From NCBI GenBank assembly GCA_035470985.1, contig DATIQI010000178.1:1-36091 (forward strand): a stretch of 36,091 bases of DNA, given 5' to 3'. A model generated the notes under the pieces. That model saw only the letters and a list, made by a program, of their open reading frames with translations, did no database searches and was not told the origin of the DNA. The stretch's first letter is position 1, and every line of letters starts with the position of its first letter. The translations under genes and the position numbers were made by a program. Shown here one piece after another: positions 1 to 11,388 of this stretch. Source of the stretch: Acidobacteriota bacterium (lineage in GTDB: Bacteria; Eisenbacteria; RBG-16-71-46; SZUA-252).

Positions 1-2129
<2,129 letters not shown>

Positions 2130-2150
2130 GGATCCTCAATGGTGCCCGCG

Positions 2151-3560
2151 CTAGGCGCCGGGCGTCCGCTCGTCGTCGGCCGCCGCCGTCGTCGTGGCGG
2201 CCGGCTGGCTCTCGTCGTCCTCGGGCTGCGCTTCGGCCGCGGAGGCCGCTTCGGCCTCCGCGCGCGCGGCTTCCGCTTCCAATTCCTTCGCACGGCGCTC
2301 GGCCAGGGCCTGCGCCTCTTCCAGGAGCTTCTCGGCCGTCTTCTCCCCGATCCCCTGGATCGCGAGCAACTGGTCGAGCGGCGTCTTCAGGAGATCCTGC
2401 ACCGTCTCGATCCCCTCGCGGATCAGCTTCTCCGCGAGCTTCGGACCGGCGGCTTCCAGATCCTCGATGTCGATCCGCGCGCGGCGCTCCAGATCGCGCT
2501 GGCGCTCCCGCTCCGTCTTGGAGATGAGATCGATCTTCCAACCCGTGAGACGCGCCGCCAGCCGCGCGTTCTGCCCGCCCTTGCCGATGGCGAGCGAGAG
2601 CTGGTCGTCGGCCACGGTGACCCAGACCTTCTGCTCGGCCTCGACCACCTGGGCCTCGATCACCTTCGCCGGCGAGAGCGCCCGCGTCACGAAGACGACC
2701 GGGTCGGCGCTCCACGGCACGATGTCGATCTTCTCGCCGCCCAGCTCGCGGACGATCGCCTGCACGCGCGATCCCTTGATGCCGACGCACGCGCCGACCG
2801 GATCGATCTTGTCGTCGTTCGACACGACCGAGATCTTCGCGCGGGAGCCCGGCTCGCGGGCGATCCCCTTGATCTCGATGATCTTCTCGCCGACTTCCGG
2901 CACCTCCGACTCGAAGAGCCGGCGCAGGAATTCCGGATGCGTGCGCGAGAGGACGATCTGGGGTCCCCGCGCCAGCTTGTCCACGGCGATGATGTAGGCC
3001 TTGATGTGGTCGCCCTGGTGGAACCGGTCGCGCGCGATCTGCTCGCGCGGCGGCAGGATCGCCTCCGAGCGCTCCAGCTTCACGTAGATGTTGCCGCGAT
3101 CGACCTGCTGGACGGTGCCGCGCACCATCTCGCCGACGCGATCGTGGTAGTCCTCGTAGATCCGCTCGCGCTCGGCCTCGCGCACCTTCTGCACCAGCAC
3201 CTGCTTCGCGGCCGAAATGGCGTTCCGTCCGAGATCCTCCAGCGTCAGGTCGGAGGTGAACTCCTGGCCCATCTGGACGTTCTCGTCGATCGCCTGCGCC
3301 TCGGAGAGGTCGATCTCCAGGCCGGGATCCTCGGCGTCCTCGACGACCGTGCGCGTCAGCTTCATGAGGATCTGGCCCGTCGGCTCGTCGAACTTCACGT
3401 CCAGCTTCGCCTCGAGTCCGAAGCGCTTGCGGCCGGCCGAGAGGAGTCCGGCCACCAACGTGTCGATGACGGTGGCCTTGTCCACGCTCTTCTCGCGCGC
3501 GATCTGGGCCATCGCCTCGATCAACTCGTAGTTGGTGTTTCGCTGGGTCTCTCGTGCCAC
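2151..3560 (-). CDS. nusA: Transcription termination/antitermination factor NusA
   Basis: Track ORF 2151..3923 contains the NusA N-terminal region (NYELIEAMAQIAREKSVDKATVIDTL). It also has an S1-like block (GDHIKAYIIAVD), two KH blocks (GACVGIKGSRVQAIVRELGGEKIDIV and LAIGKGGQNARLAARLTGWKIDLIS) and an HhH (LLAIQGIGEKTAEKL). The first ~120 codons of the ORF overlap rimP and look non-coding. The GTG at 3560 has GAGG about 9 nt upstream; the ATG at 3512 is an alternative start. Confidence 0.9.
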   Translation of the reverse strand: MARETQRNTNYELIEAMAQIAREKSVDKATVIDTLVAGLLSAGRKRFGLEAKLDVKFDEPTGQILMKLTRTVVEDAEDPGLEIDLSEAQAIDENVQMGQEFTSDLTLEDLGRNAISAAKQVLVQKVREAERERIYEDYHDRVGEMVRGTVQQVDRGNIYVKLERSEAILPPREQIARDRFHQGDHIKAYIIAVDKLARGPQIVLSRTHPEFLRRLFESEVPEVGEKIIEIKGIAREPGSRAKISVVSNDDKIDPVGACVGIKGSRVQAIVRELGGEKIDIVPWSADPVVFVTRALSPAKVIEAQVVEAEQKVWVTVADDQLSLAIGKGGQNARLAARLTGWKIDLISKTERERQRDLERRARIDIEDLEAAGPKLAEKLIREGIETVQDLLKTPLDQLLAIQGIGEKTAEKLLEEAQALAERRAKELEAEAARAEAEAASAAEAQPEDDESQPAATTTAAADDERTPGA

Positions 3561-3571
3561 CGTTCGGTACC

Positions 3572-4078
3572 TCAGGCCTTTCGATCGTGTTTCCGTTTCG
3601 GCTCGCGCATCCCCTCCCAGGGATCCGCGATCACGTGCGACCGCCGGACCGACGCGAGCGGGATCGATACCGTCCCCGCCTCCGGGTCCTCCACCACGAT
3701 CGACACGTCCCCCGCCGCCCGCAGCTCGCCCCGAAACGTCCGGCGCCCGTCCTTCGGGTCGTGCAGCCGAATCTCCACCTGGCTCCCCACGAAGCGGGCG
3801 TAGTGCTCCGGTCGGGTCAGCGCCCGCTCGATGCCGGGGGAGCCGACCTCCAGCACGTAGGCTCCGCGCAGGAGATTCGCCTCCTCCAGCCAGCGCGCCA
3901 GCTTCCGGCTCCAATAGGCGCACTCGTCGAGGGTCACCCCGGGCTGGCGGTCCACGTAGACCCGCAACACGGTCCGGCCCGACTGGCCCGCGACCTCCAG
4001 GTCCCAGAGGGTGAACGCCTCCTCCTCCAGGAGCTCCCGGAACCGGGCCGCCAGCTCTTCCTTCAAATCGTTGTGCAT
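3572..4078 (-). CDS. rimP: Ribosome maturation factor RimP
   Basis: From the internal ATG (MHNDLKEELAARFRELLEEEAFTLWDLEVAG...RVYVDR...GVTLDECAYWSRKL...LEVGSPGIERAL) the size and layout are typical of RimP. It sits immediately upstream of nusA. The longer ORF start at 4186 adds an Arg/Pro-rich, non-coding-looking extension. Confidence 0.85.
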   Translation of the reverse strand: MHNDLKEELAARFRELLEEEAFTLWDLEVAGQSGRTVLRVYVDRQPGVTLDECAYWSRKLARWLEEANLLRGAYVLEVGSPGIERALTRPEHYARFVGSQVEIRLHDPKDGRRTFRGELRAAGDVSIVVEDPEAGTVSIPLASVRRSHVIADPWEGMREPKRKHDRKA

Positions 4079-4120
4079 CTTGGACTTGGCTAACGGAGCC
4101 GGCAGCCCCCCTGGGGCCGA

Positions 4121-4148
4121 AACGAAAAGAGCGGACGCGCGTCCACTC
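4121..4148 (-). terminator. Candidate intrinsic terminator after the M28-like gene
   Basis: The minus strand reads GAGTGGACGCGCGTCCGCTC followed by TTTTCGTTT. This forms an ~8-bp GC-rich stem (one G-U pair) plus a T-rich tail, about 50 nt after the stop at 4196 and before rimP. Confidence 0.45.
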
Positions 4149-4195
4149 GGACCCCTGAACCTACGGGGCTGGACCCCCCGGTTCAAGGGAAAACT

Positions 4196-4909
4196 TCAGT
4201 CGGAGAGGTAGGTCGGGTCGGAGACGAGCGAGTGGAGGACCCGGCCGACCCCGGTCAGGCTCTCGGGATCGATGATGCTCAGGTCGTCCTTCGTGGTGTG
4301 CCACTCCGGGAAGGCGAGGTCGATGAGGACGATGGCCGGAATGCCGGCGTTCTGGAAGGGAATGTGGTCGTCGTAGATCGTGTGCTTCACCTCGGAACGG
4401 AACGAGCGGACGTTCAGCTTCTTCGCGACGCCCCAGACCAGGTCCACGATGTTTCCCGCCCGGTCGTAGGAGTTCCCCTCCCAGTGGAGCGTGAGGTCGC
4501 GCTTCCCCACCATGTCCACCACGACGACGAAGATGGGAGGCGGCTCGCCCGCGCGCCAGGTGACGAACTGCTTCGAGCCGCGGAACCACCCGTTCGGATT
4601 GTCGTCGCTCCCCAGGTCCTCGCCGTCGAAGAGCGCGATGTCCACCCCGAGCGCCGGCTTCTCCCGCTGGAGCATCCGCGCCAGCTCCAGGAGCACCGCG
4701 ACGCCGGAGCCCCCGTCGTTCGCGCCCAGGACCGGCTCGTCGCGGCGCGACGTGTCGGGCTCCTGGTCGGCCCAGGGGCGCGTGTCCCAGTGCGCGCCGA
4801 GGAGGACCCGCTGGGTCGCCTTCGGCTCGAAGCGCGCGAGGAGATTGTAGAGGCGCACGTCGCGGCCGAGCCTCGGCACGAAGTAGTGGAACGTGTCGGC
4901 CTCCACCAC
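4196..4909 (-). CDS. M28-family metallopeptidase / glutaminyl-peptide cyclotransferase-like protein; probable lipoprotein whose coding region likely extends to ~5100
   Basis: M28 metal-site blocks are present: GAHWDTRPWAD, GANDGGSGVAVLLELAR, ALFDGEDLG, VVVVDMVG and DDHIPFQNAGIPAIVLID...WHT..D. The pattern resembles bacteroidetal glutaminyl cyclases. 4909 is the first canonical (GTG) start. The same frame stays open upstream and encodes AAAALLISALVLPSCGRP, a lipobox-type signal. Confidence 0.8.
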   Translation of the reverse strand: MVEADTFHYFVPRLGRDVRLYNLLARFEPKATQRVLLGAHWDTRPWADQEPDTSRRDEPVLGANDGGSGVAVLLELARMLQREKPALGVDIALFDGEDLGSDDNPNGWFRGSKQFVTWRAGEPPPIFVVVVDMVGKRDLTLHWEGNSYDRAGNIVDLVWGVAKKLNVRSFRSEVKHTIYDDHIPFQNAGIPAIVLIDLAFPEWHTTKDDLSIIDPESLTGVGRVLHSLVSDPTYLSD

Positions 4910-5102
4910 CGGGGCGAACTCCTTCAGCGTGGCGTGGAGGAAGGCGTAGCAGGATTCGTGGGCCGCCGTGCCGGGCGCGCGCGGGCCGAAGGCGACCTGC
5001 TTCGCGATCCAGTCGTAGGCGCGCTTCCCGTCGAACGACGCGGCCGACGGGCGGCCGCACGACGGAAGGACGAGCGCCGAGATCAGGAGCGCCGCGGCGG
5101 CT

Positions 5103-8100
5103 CTAGAACGAGAATTGCGCGTTGAACTCGACCGAGATGCCGCGATTCTTGACCTCGAGCTTCTTGTCGTGCGTCTGGCGGTAGGCGAAATTGAACCCTC
5201 CGGAAATGGTTCGGGTGAAATTGTACGTGGTGCCGCTGGCGACGTTCAATCGCTCCTGATTGGTCTCTTCGTAATCCCGCTCGCCGGCCCGCCGGACCAC
5301 GGCCCGGTCCCCTTGGAGCCCCACGGTCAGATTCAGGTTCAAATCGTTGGGGAGCCGGACCCGGTTCTTGCTCCAGGGGAACTTGATCCCCTTCGATGCG
5401 GGGAACGTCTTGTTCAGCCGGACGTCCGTGTTCGTCGTCTGGCGCTCCCGCTCCACGCCGAAGGCGCGGTCGTCGATGCTCGTCGCCTTCGTGACCGAGC
5501 TGCTCAGGCTGGCGCGGACGTCGTTCCGGAAGACCATGTCCCAGCCGAGGAGCGGCCCGAACGTCCGCGTCTTGGTCCGCCGCTCGGTCGGTCCGTCGGC
5601 CGGCCCCTCCTCGTCGCTCACCTTGGAGAATCCCGACTGGAGCGTCAGGTTCTTCAGCGCCGTCTCGAGGTGGAGGAACCGGTGGAGATCCGACCAGCGC
5701 CCCTTCAGATCGGGCCACTGGATCCGCTCCGTGCGCCGCTCGCCGAACGACTGGTCGGCGTACGAGAGCGCGTGATCCGCGCGGATGTCCACGTTCACCG
5801 TCGTGGAGGGACGGAACGCGGTCGAGAGATTCGTCGTGTAGCGCCGGTTCGCCGTGAAGTTGGAGCCCGAGAGACGGAGCAGCGTCGGGTCGGAGACTTG
5901 CGAGAAGCCGCTCTTGAAGGCCGTGCCGGGATCCCCGGTCACCCGGGTGAGGGTCGCCGCGCGCTCGAACGAGAAGTTCGTCTGCACGTCCTGGAACTTC
6001 GTCAGGACGTAGCGCACCGGTCCGAGGGGCGCGAGGAGCGAGAAGCCGCCGCCGGTGGTGTCGGCGGGACCGGCGCGGCGGGCGGCGCCCCGCCTTCCGA
6101 GCCGCGAGATCGGCACGCTGAACCGGACGCTGGCGCCGCCCTGGTTGTCCACGTTCTTCAGCCCCAGAGGGTCGGTGGCCGCGACGCGGCGCTCGGGGCG
6201 CGCGTCCTCGTGGTAGCGGGCCCGCAGGTTGATGTTCGGCTGGAGGATCGCGAGCCAGCGCGGCGTGTAGTTCACCTGCACGGTCTGGAGGTGGTCCACC
6301 TCCATCCCCTTGTTGAAGCCGAGTCCCGATTCCTGTTTCAGGAGCATGTCGCGCTGCGACGTGAGGTTGTACTGGATCCGGAACGACGAGAAGGGGACGT
6401 ACGACGTCGTCGTCCCGAGCGTGAGGAGCCGGACCTTGGCGTCGGAGCGGAGTTCCGTGGCCACCGAGTCGTTGAAGATCGAGCGCGAATAGGCGACGGC
6501 GCGGCTGGAGGCCCATCCGGCCGAGAAGCCGATCGTCTCCGGGAGGAGGTTCAACTTGAACTTCTTCCCCAGGGAGACGCCGCCACCGCCGATCGGGAGG
6601 TCGTAGCCGACCGACGAGCTGAACGACCAGGAGGAATCGGTGGACTGCGGATTCACGGTCCCCCGTCGCGTGTAGGCCATCGTGCCGCTGAAGGCGTCGA
6701 TCGTGTACTTGGCGAGGCCGCGGCGGATGGCGCTGCTCCGGCGGTACGAGATGTCCACCGACTGCTGGTCGAGGCGCCTCGTCTCGATGCCCGATTGATC
6801 GGCGTCGAGCGTGACGTCCGATCCCGTCCGGAACTTCGGAACGTCGGTCGAGTGCTGCATGGAGAAGCGGACGGGTAGCGAGACGCCGCTGGTCGGCATG
6901 AAGCGGTCCACCTGGAGCGTGGTGGAGAACCCGATGGCGGTGTGGTTCAGCCCGGTCCCCTGGTTTCCCCCCTGCCCGACGCGGAAGAAGTCCTCGTCCT
7001 GTTTGGCCAGACTCACGTTCACGGCCAGGAGGTCGGCGAAGTTCGCCTGGATCGAGACATTGCTGCTGAGCCCCGACTCCTTCCGCACGTCGGCCAGGCG
7101 GAGCTCGTTGATCCAGACCTCGCCCGACTGGGGCACGCCGGGGGCGCCGCCCTTCACGGCGAGGCCGAACGAGAGGCGGATGATCCGCGTGAAGGAGGGA
7201 TTCCCGAACACGGTGAAGACCTCGCTCGTCCCCGCGGCGGACGTGGAGTCCACGTACGGAGCGAACCGGGGCCAATCCAGGGGACGCTCCTCCTTCAGCC
7301 GCGAGAGCGCCTCCATCGGGAGCAGAATGCTCTGCCAGTCGCTCCGCACCGGGACGCTGTACTCGTAGTAGTTCAGGGTGTCGGGGCCGACGCGGAAGAG
7401 GGCGCGCAGGTTCTGCGACTCCACGCCGGCCTCGCCGTGGACGTAGAACTTGATGTCGCGGTACTGCGCCCAGCCGAGGCCGGTCCCCGGCTCGCCGAGC
7501 GTCCGGTAGGCGAGGAGCGTGTCCCCTTCTTCGAGCCGCGTGTAGCCGAGGGCGAGCGACTGCTCCCGCCGGTCGGCGGTGTTTCCCACCTGGTTCTGGA
7601 CTTCGTAGGGCGGCACGTAGACCCCGAGATCGTCCTTGTTGTTCCGCGTCCGGATGTCGAGCTGCACGTCGCGAAAGACCATGTTGGAATCGGTGATCGC
7701 GGCCTCCAGCCAGCGGCTCCCGACGAACTCGATGCCGCCGAGCTGGATCTTCAGCGGCTGGTCCATGTCGCTCAGCCAGACGCGCATGTGCTGGATGTTC
7801 TGCCAGTTCGGCGCTCCGATGGTCCGGAACGTGGTCCCGTCCACGGGAATCCGGAAGAGGCGCCACCCGTTCAGGGGATTGTCGTAGACGACCTTCAGGC
7901 CCGAGGTCGCGGGGTCGTTCGGGATGTCGATCGCCACGTACTGGTCGTCGGCGAGATCGATCGACGTCTCGAAGTAGCTGTTCCTCGTGTCGAAGAAGGT
8001 GTCCCGGTTCAGGTCCTCGGTGTCGGGGCGCGCGTTCGGATCGTTGATACCGTTCAACTCCAGATTGTTGATGGTGGAGTAGTCGTCGGGCGCCTCGCGG

Positions 8101-11100
8101 ACGTTGTAGCGGTAGTCGTCGCCGCTCGGATCGGGATTCAGGTTCGGGTCGTATCCCGTCTCCAGCGACGAGACCTTCCTGTCGAAGCCGGTGTCCTCGA
8201 AGACCTCGTTCGTCGGGTCGTCCGCCCCGTCCAGCTTCCCGTCGTTGTTCTTGTCCTCGGTGTCGAGGAGATTGTTCGGCGACTCCGCGGGGTGCCAGAA
8301 CGCGTCCTCGCTCACCGACCCCAGGTCGATGTGGAGCCTGGCTTTCGTCGTGGCGTGGTCCTTCCGAAGATCGTTCACCCAGATCTCCAGGAAGCGGACG
8401 CGCGAGAAGTCGAGCCCCGCGGCGGAGAGCGACTGGGTGAGGCCCGACCAGTCGGCCAGGGGGTCCACGGTCGTCTCGCCGGCCGGCGGCTTCACGTTCA
8501 GCTCCAGGACCTGGTGGGAATTGTTTCCGCCTTCGGCCTCGGTGAGGACCGGCTTCAAATCCCACTCCTTGGCCGCCGTTTCCGCCTCGGGGCGCGGGTT
8601 GTACCACTCGAGGCGCGCGTGGTCGGCGCCGAGATTCGAGAGCGTCGTGACGGCCAGGTTCGTGTCGGGCGGCAGGGTGACGCGGCGATTCACCGGCGTG
8701 CTGCTCCAGAACCACTGGAGGCGCCCCAGCCCGATCGTGTTCGACTCCCGGTTCCCTTCCATGTCGTCGATGTAGGCCTCGCCCTTCGTGTTCGGATTCG
8801 GGACGCTGGCCGAGAAGTTTCCCTGGATGTTCAGCGCCGAGGACTGGTCGGTCGTGATGCCCGGCACCTGGTCGGCCAGTCGCGTCATCCAGACCGGCCG
8901 GAAGGAGAGAACGGTGCCGAAGTCCCCGAGCATCGTGTGCGCCGGCTCCTCGCCCAGTTTCGGGTTCTGCTCGGAGGCGCCGCGCGACTCGTAGAGGAGA
9001 CTGCTGGAGAAGGAGAGGTTCGACGCGGGATTGTAGGCGCCCGACAGCCCCGCGAGGGTCCGCTGCACCTGGCCGAAGCCGGGCGCGTAGGAGAAGTCCA
9101 CCGTGATCACCTGCTGCGGTCCCGGCGGGGTGCGCAAGAAGGTCAGCTGGCCCGTCTGGTAGTCGATGCGGTAGTCGGAGTCGCGCGTCTGCGGGATGCC
9201 GTCCACCTTCACCTGCTCCGAGTTCTCCAGAATCCCGAACCGGCCGACGTAGTAGCCCTGCTGGCTGCTCCGGAACTCCGCTTCGATGTAGTAGCGCTCG
9301 TCCTTGTTCCGCTCGGGGAGGCGGTTGTAGTAGACGTTCGGATTCGCCCGCTCTCCGGTCAGGATGTTGCGGCGAAGGTCGTCGAGGCAGAGGAATCCGC
9401 CCCGCCCGGAGGCGCACGTCGAGTCGGGACCGGGCGCGAAGGGGTGGAGATCGGGGAAGAAGAGAATGCCGTCCGTCAGGTTCACGTACTGGTCGTCCAC
9501 CAGCCCGTCGGCGGCGAAGGGATCCTCCGACCCGGCCTTCGCCTGCTGGTCGAGCCCCACGATCCGGAGGATCGGCGTCCCCCCCACGTCGTCGGGGTCG
9601 GTCGCCGCCGTGTTGTCGATCCGCCGCAGCTTCACGGTGAGGGACGTCGGATCGATGTCGCGCCCCTGAAGGTCGTAGTAGTTCCGCAGCTCGTACTTCA
9701 GCGTCGAGTACCAGGGCCCCGCCGGATCGATGACATTGTTCGGGCCGTTCGGGAGATCGTTGATGCGCGGCTGAACGATCTTCAGGAGGACCTGCCCCGC
9801 TTCCTTTTCCAGGAGCGAGTCCACCTCGTCGCCGGTGAGCCCGATGCGGGTCGTGGTGGCGCCCTCGACGACGTCGTACGCGACGCCCAGGACCTGCGTC
9901 TCGCCCAGTTGGCTGCGTAGCTTGATGACCGGAATCCGAAGATCGCCCACGACGTCGGTGAGGACCCAGGGGTAGACGAGATCGAAGTCCACGCCGATGG
10001 TCAGGATCTGCCAGTAGCGGGACGGGAAGCTCGGATTCGTGAGCGAATCCCGCGGGGCCGTCGGATCGGGCCGCCCGACGCCGATGTTCAAATCCTGTTG
10101 CCCGCCCGGATTCGCCCGATAGACGCGGAGGTTCATGGTGCTCGTCTGGATCGGCGCGTCGTGGAAGAAGAAGTATGTCCGGCGGACGTAGTCGAGGTCG
10201 TAGATCCGGACCTGCCGGTTCTCGCCCGACGGCGTGAAGCGCGCCGTCTCGGTCTTCGCGTCCTGCTTGCTGGCGATGGCGGTCCAGTCGAAGTTCCCCA
10301 TCTTCATGACCGTCTTCACGCCGAAGAGACCCTCCTGCCGCAGCGACGCCCCCTGGAGCGACAGGTTGGTGTTCCCCAGCTCGATGGTCTTGATCATGTC
10401 GTCTTCGTCGCCTTCGTAGCGGAGCTTCACCCGGTTGTCCACGGAGGTGGTGACGTTGCTCGACTGGTCCACGTCCACCTTGATCTTGTCGCCGATCGAG
10501 CCGGTCAGATTGACGTTCAGCTCCTGCTTCATCTCGAAGGAGGGGAAGGCGCCCTGCCGCTTCCGCTCGCCGGTCAGGTCCTGGTAGATGCTCTTCTGCA
10601 CCGTCCAGTCGCTCGTGCCGACGATCGCGATCCGCTCGCTTCCCGAGACCTCGATGTTGGGGGCGCCGTCGCCGACGATGGAGCGGACCGCCTTGGGGAG
10701 CTGGACGGGGACCGTGAAGCGGAAGAGACCCCCCTGGCGGAGCCCCGCCTTGTTCACCGATCGGGTCGTCTGCGTCCGCTCGCGCCAGACCTTCCGGTAG
10801 GAGCGCTCGGAGAGGAGCTCGTTGTAGTCGAGGGCGCCGACGACCAGGGGCTCCCGCACCTCGACGCTCCCTTCCCGGTAGCGCTCCTGAACGACTCCCG
10901 TGGTCGGGTCGAGGGTCACCCGGACGCGGGCGGCGCCCGCCTCGAAGACCGCGGGGGGCGTCTGGAGGCGCCAGTTCGGAGGGAGTCCGTTCCCCATGGG
11001 AGGGGACATCGGATCGATGAGGAGCGCGGGATCCTGGAGCGCGCGGAATTCGAGGTCGGCGCGCGCGGAGGACGGGGCGACGGCGGAAGCCCCGAGCAGC

Positions 11101-11198
11101 GCCGCGGCGAACGCGAAAACCCCGAGCGCCACGGACCGAATGGTCCGGACCGGGCCCGCGGGGAATGACGGCCGAATGAAGCGACGAGCGATGGGCAT
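5103..11198 (-). CDS. sprA: SprA-family type IX secretion system outer-membrane translocon, ~2031 aa
   Basis: This is a giant ORF. Its SprA-type N-terminal region includes LNVNLTGSIGDKIKVDVDQSS...NRVKLRYEGDEDDMIKTIELGNTNLSLQG. A signal peptide follows the ATG at 11198 (MPIARRFIRPSF...VALGVFAFAAALLGASAVAPSSARA). The body is beta-rich and the C-terminus, ...FNAQFSF, is OMP-like. The track ORF extension to 11840 overlaps lptF and looks non-coding. Confidence 0.85.
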   Translation of the reverse strand: MPIARRFIRPSFPAGPVRTIRSVALGVFAFAAALLGASAVAPSSARADLEFRALQDPALLIDPMSPPMGNGLPPNWRLQTPPAVFEAGAARVRVTLDPTTGVVQERYREGSVEVREPLVVGALDYNELLSERSYRKVWRERTQTTRSVNKAGLRQGGLFRFTVPVQLPKAVRSIVGDGAPNIEVSGSERIAIVGTSDWTVQKSIYQDLTGERKRQGAFPSFEMKQELNVNLTGSIGDKIKVDVDQSSNVTTSVDNRVKLRYEGDEDDMIKTIELGNTNLSLQGASLRQEGLFGVKTVMKMGNFDWTAIASKQDAKTETARFTPSGENRQVRIYDLDYVRRTYFFFHDAPIQTSTMNLRVYRANPGGQQDLNIGVGRPDPTAPRDSLTNPSFPSRYWQILTIGVDFDLVYPWVLTDVVGDLRIPVIKLRSQLGETQVLGVAYDVVEGATTTRIGLTGDEVDSLLEKEAGQVLLKIVQPRINDLPNGPNNVIDPAGPWYSTLKYELRNYYDLQGRDIDPTSLTVKLRRIDNTAATDPDDVGGTPILRIVGLDQQAKAGSEDPFAADGLVDDQYVNLTDGILFFPDLHPFAPGPDSTCASGRGGFLCLDDLRRNILTGERANPNVYYNRLPERNKDERYYIEAEFRSSQQGYYVGRFGILENSEQVKVDGIPQTRDSDYRIDYQTGQLTFLRTPPGPQQVITVDFSYAPGFGQVQRTLAGLSGAYNPASNLSFSSSLLYESRGASEQNPKLGEEPAHTMLGDFGTVLSFRPVWMTRLADQVPGITTDQSSALNIQGNFSASVPNPNTKGEAYIDDMEGNRESNTIGLGRLQWFWSSTPVNRRVTLPPDTNLAVTTLSNLGADHARLEWYNPRPEAETAAKEWDLKPVLTEAEGGNNSHQVLELNVKPPAGETTVDPLADWSGLTQSLSAAGLDFSRVRFLEIWVNDLRKDHATTKARLHIDLGSVSEDAFWHPAESPNNLLDTEDKNNDGKLDGADDPTNEVFEDTGFDRKVSSLETGYDPNLNPDPSGDDYRYNVREAPDDYSTINNLELNGINDPNARPDTEDLNRDTFFDTRNSYFETSIDLADDQYVAIDIPNDPATSGLKVVYDNPLNGWRLFRIPVDGTTFRTIGAPNWQNIQHMRVWLSDMDQPLKIQLGGIEFVGSRWLEAAITDSNMVFRDVQLDIRTRNNKDDLGVYVPPYEVQNQVGNTADRREQSLALGYTRLEEGDTLLAYRTLGEPGTGLGWAQYRDIKFYVHGEAGVESQNLRALFRVGPDTLNYYEYSVPVRSDWQSILLPMEALSRLKEERPLDWPRFAPYVDSTSAAGTSEVFTVFGNPSFTRIIRLSFGLAVKGGAPGVPQSGEVWINELRLADVRKESGLSSNVSIQANFADLLAVNVSLAKQDEDFFRVGQGGNQGTGLNHTAIGFSTTLQVDRFMPTSGVSLPVRFSMQHSTDVPKFRTGSDVTLDADQSGIETRRLDQQSVDISYRRSSAIRRGLAKYTIDAFSGTMAYTRRGTVNPQSTDSSWSFSSSVGYDLPIGGGGVSLGKKFKLNLLPETIGFSAGWASSRAVAYSRSIFNDSVATELRSDAKVRLLTLGTTTSYVPFSSFRIQYNLTSQRDMLLKQESGLGFNKGMEVDHLQTVQVNYTPRWLAILQPNINLRARYHEDARPERRVAATDPLGLKNVDNQGGASVRFSVPISRLGRRGAARRAGPADTTGGGFSLLAPLGPVRYVLTKFQDVQTNFSFERAATLTRVTGDPGTAFKSGFSQVSDPTLLRLSGSNFTANRRYTTNLSTAFRPSTTVNVDIRADHALSYADQSFGERRTERIQWPDLKGRWSDLHRFLHLETALKNLTLQSGFSKVSDEEGPADGPTERRTKTRTFGPLLGWDMVFRNDVRASLSSSVTKATSIDDRAFGVERERQTTNTDVRLNKTFPASKGIKFPWSKNRVRLPNDLNLNLTVGLQGDRAVVRRAGERDYEETNQERLNVASGTTYNFTRTISGGFNFAYRQTHDKKLEVKNRGISVEFNAQFSF

Positions 11199-11321
11199 CC
11201 CTATTCGCGCTGAGGCACCCCCGGGGAGGCTGGGGCCCACGACATTCCTTGTACCCCTCGGGGTCGGCGAAGTTCGGATTGGAACCGATGCTCCTGGAAG
11301 GAGTTGGGGCCTAGGGGATGA

Positions 11322-11351
11322 TTGCGTCGCGTCGGCCGGGGTCCCTATACT
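11322..11351 (+). promoter_or_regulatory. Candidate sigma-70-type promoter for lptFG
   Basis: TTGCGT-N18-TATACT lies in the 190-bp divergent intergenic region, with the -10 element about 38 nt upstream of the lptF ATG. Confidence 0.3.
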
Positions 11352-11388
11352 GCGCCCAAGGCAGCCGAGGCCCTCCCCGGCGAACCGC

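Noticed and set aside
4149-4195. A tRNA-like motif (ggttcaagg, with an inverted repeat tgaacc...ggttca) in the spacer upstream of rimP
   Set aside because: No acceptor stem, anticodon arm or full T-loop consensus can be built. It is probably just a weak hairpin in the 3' UTR of the M28-like gene.
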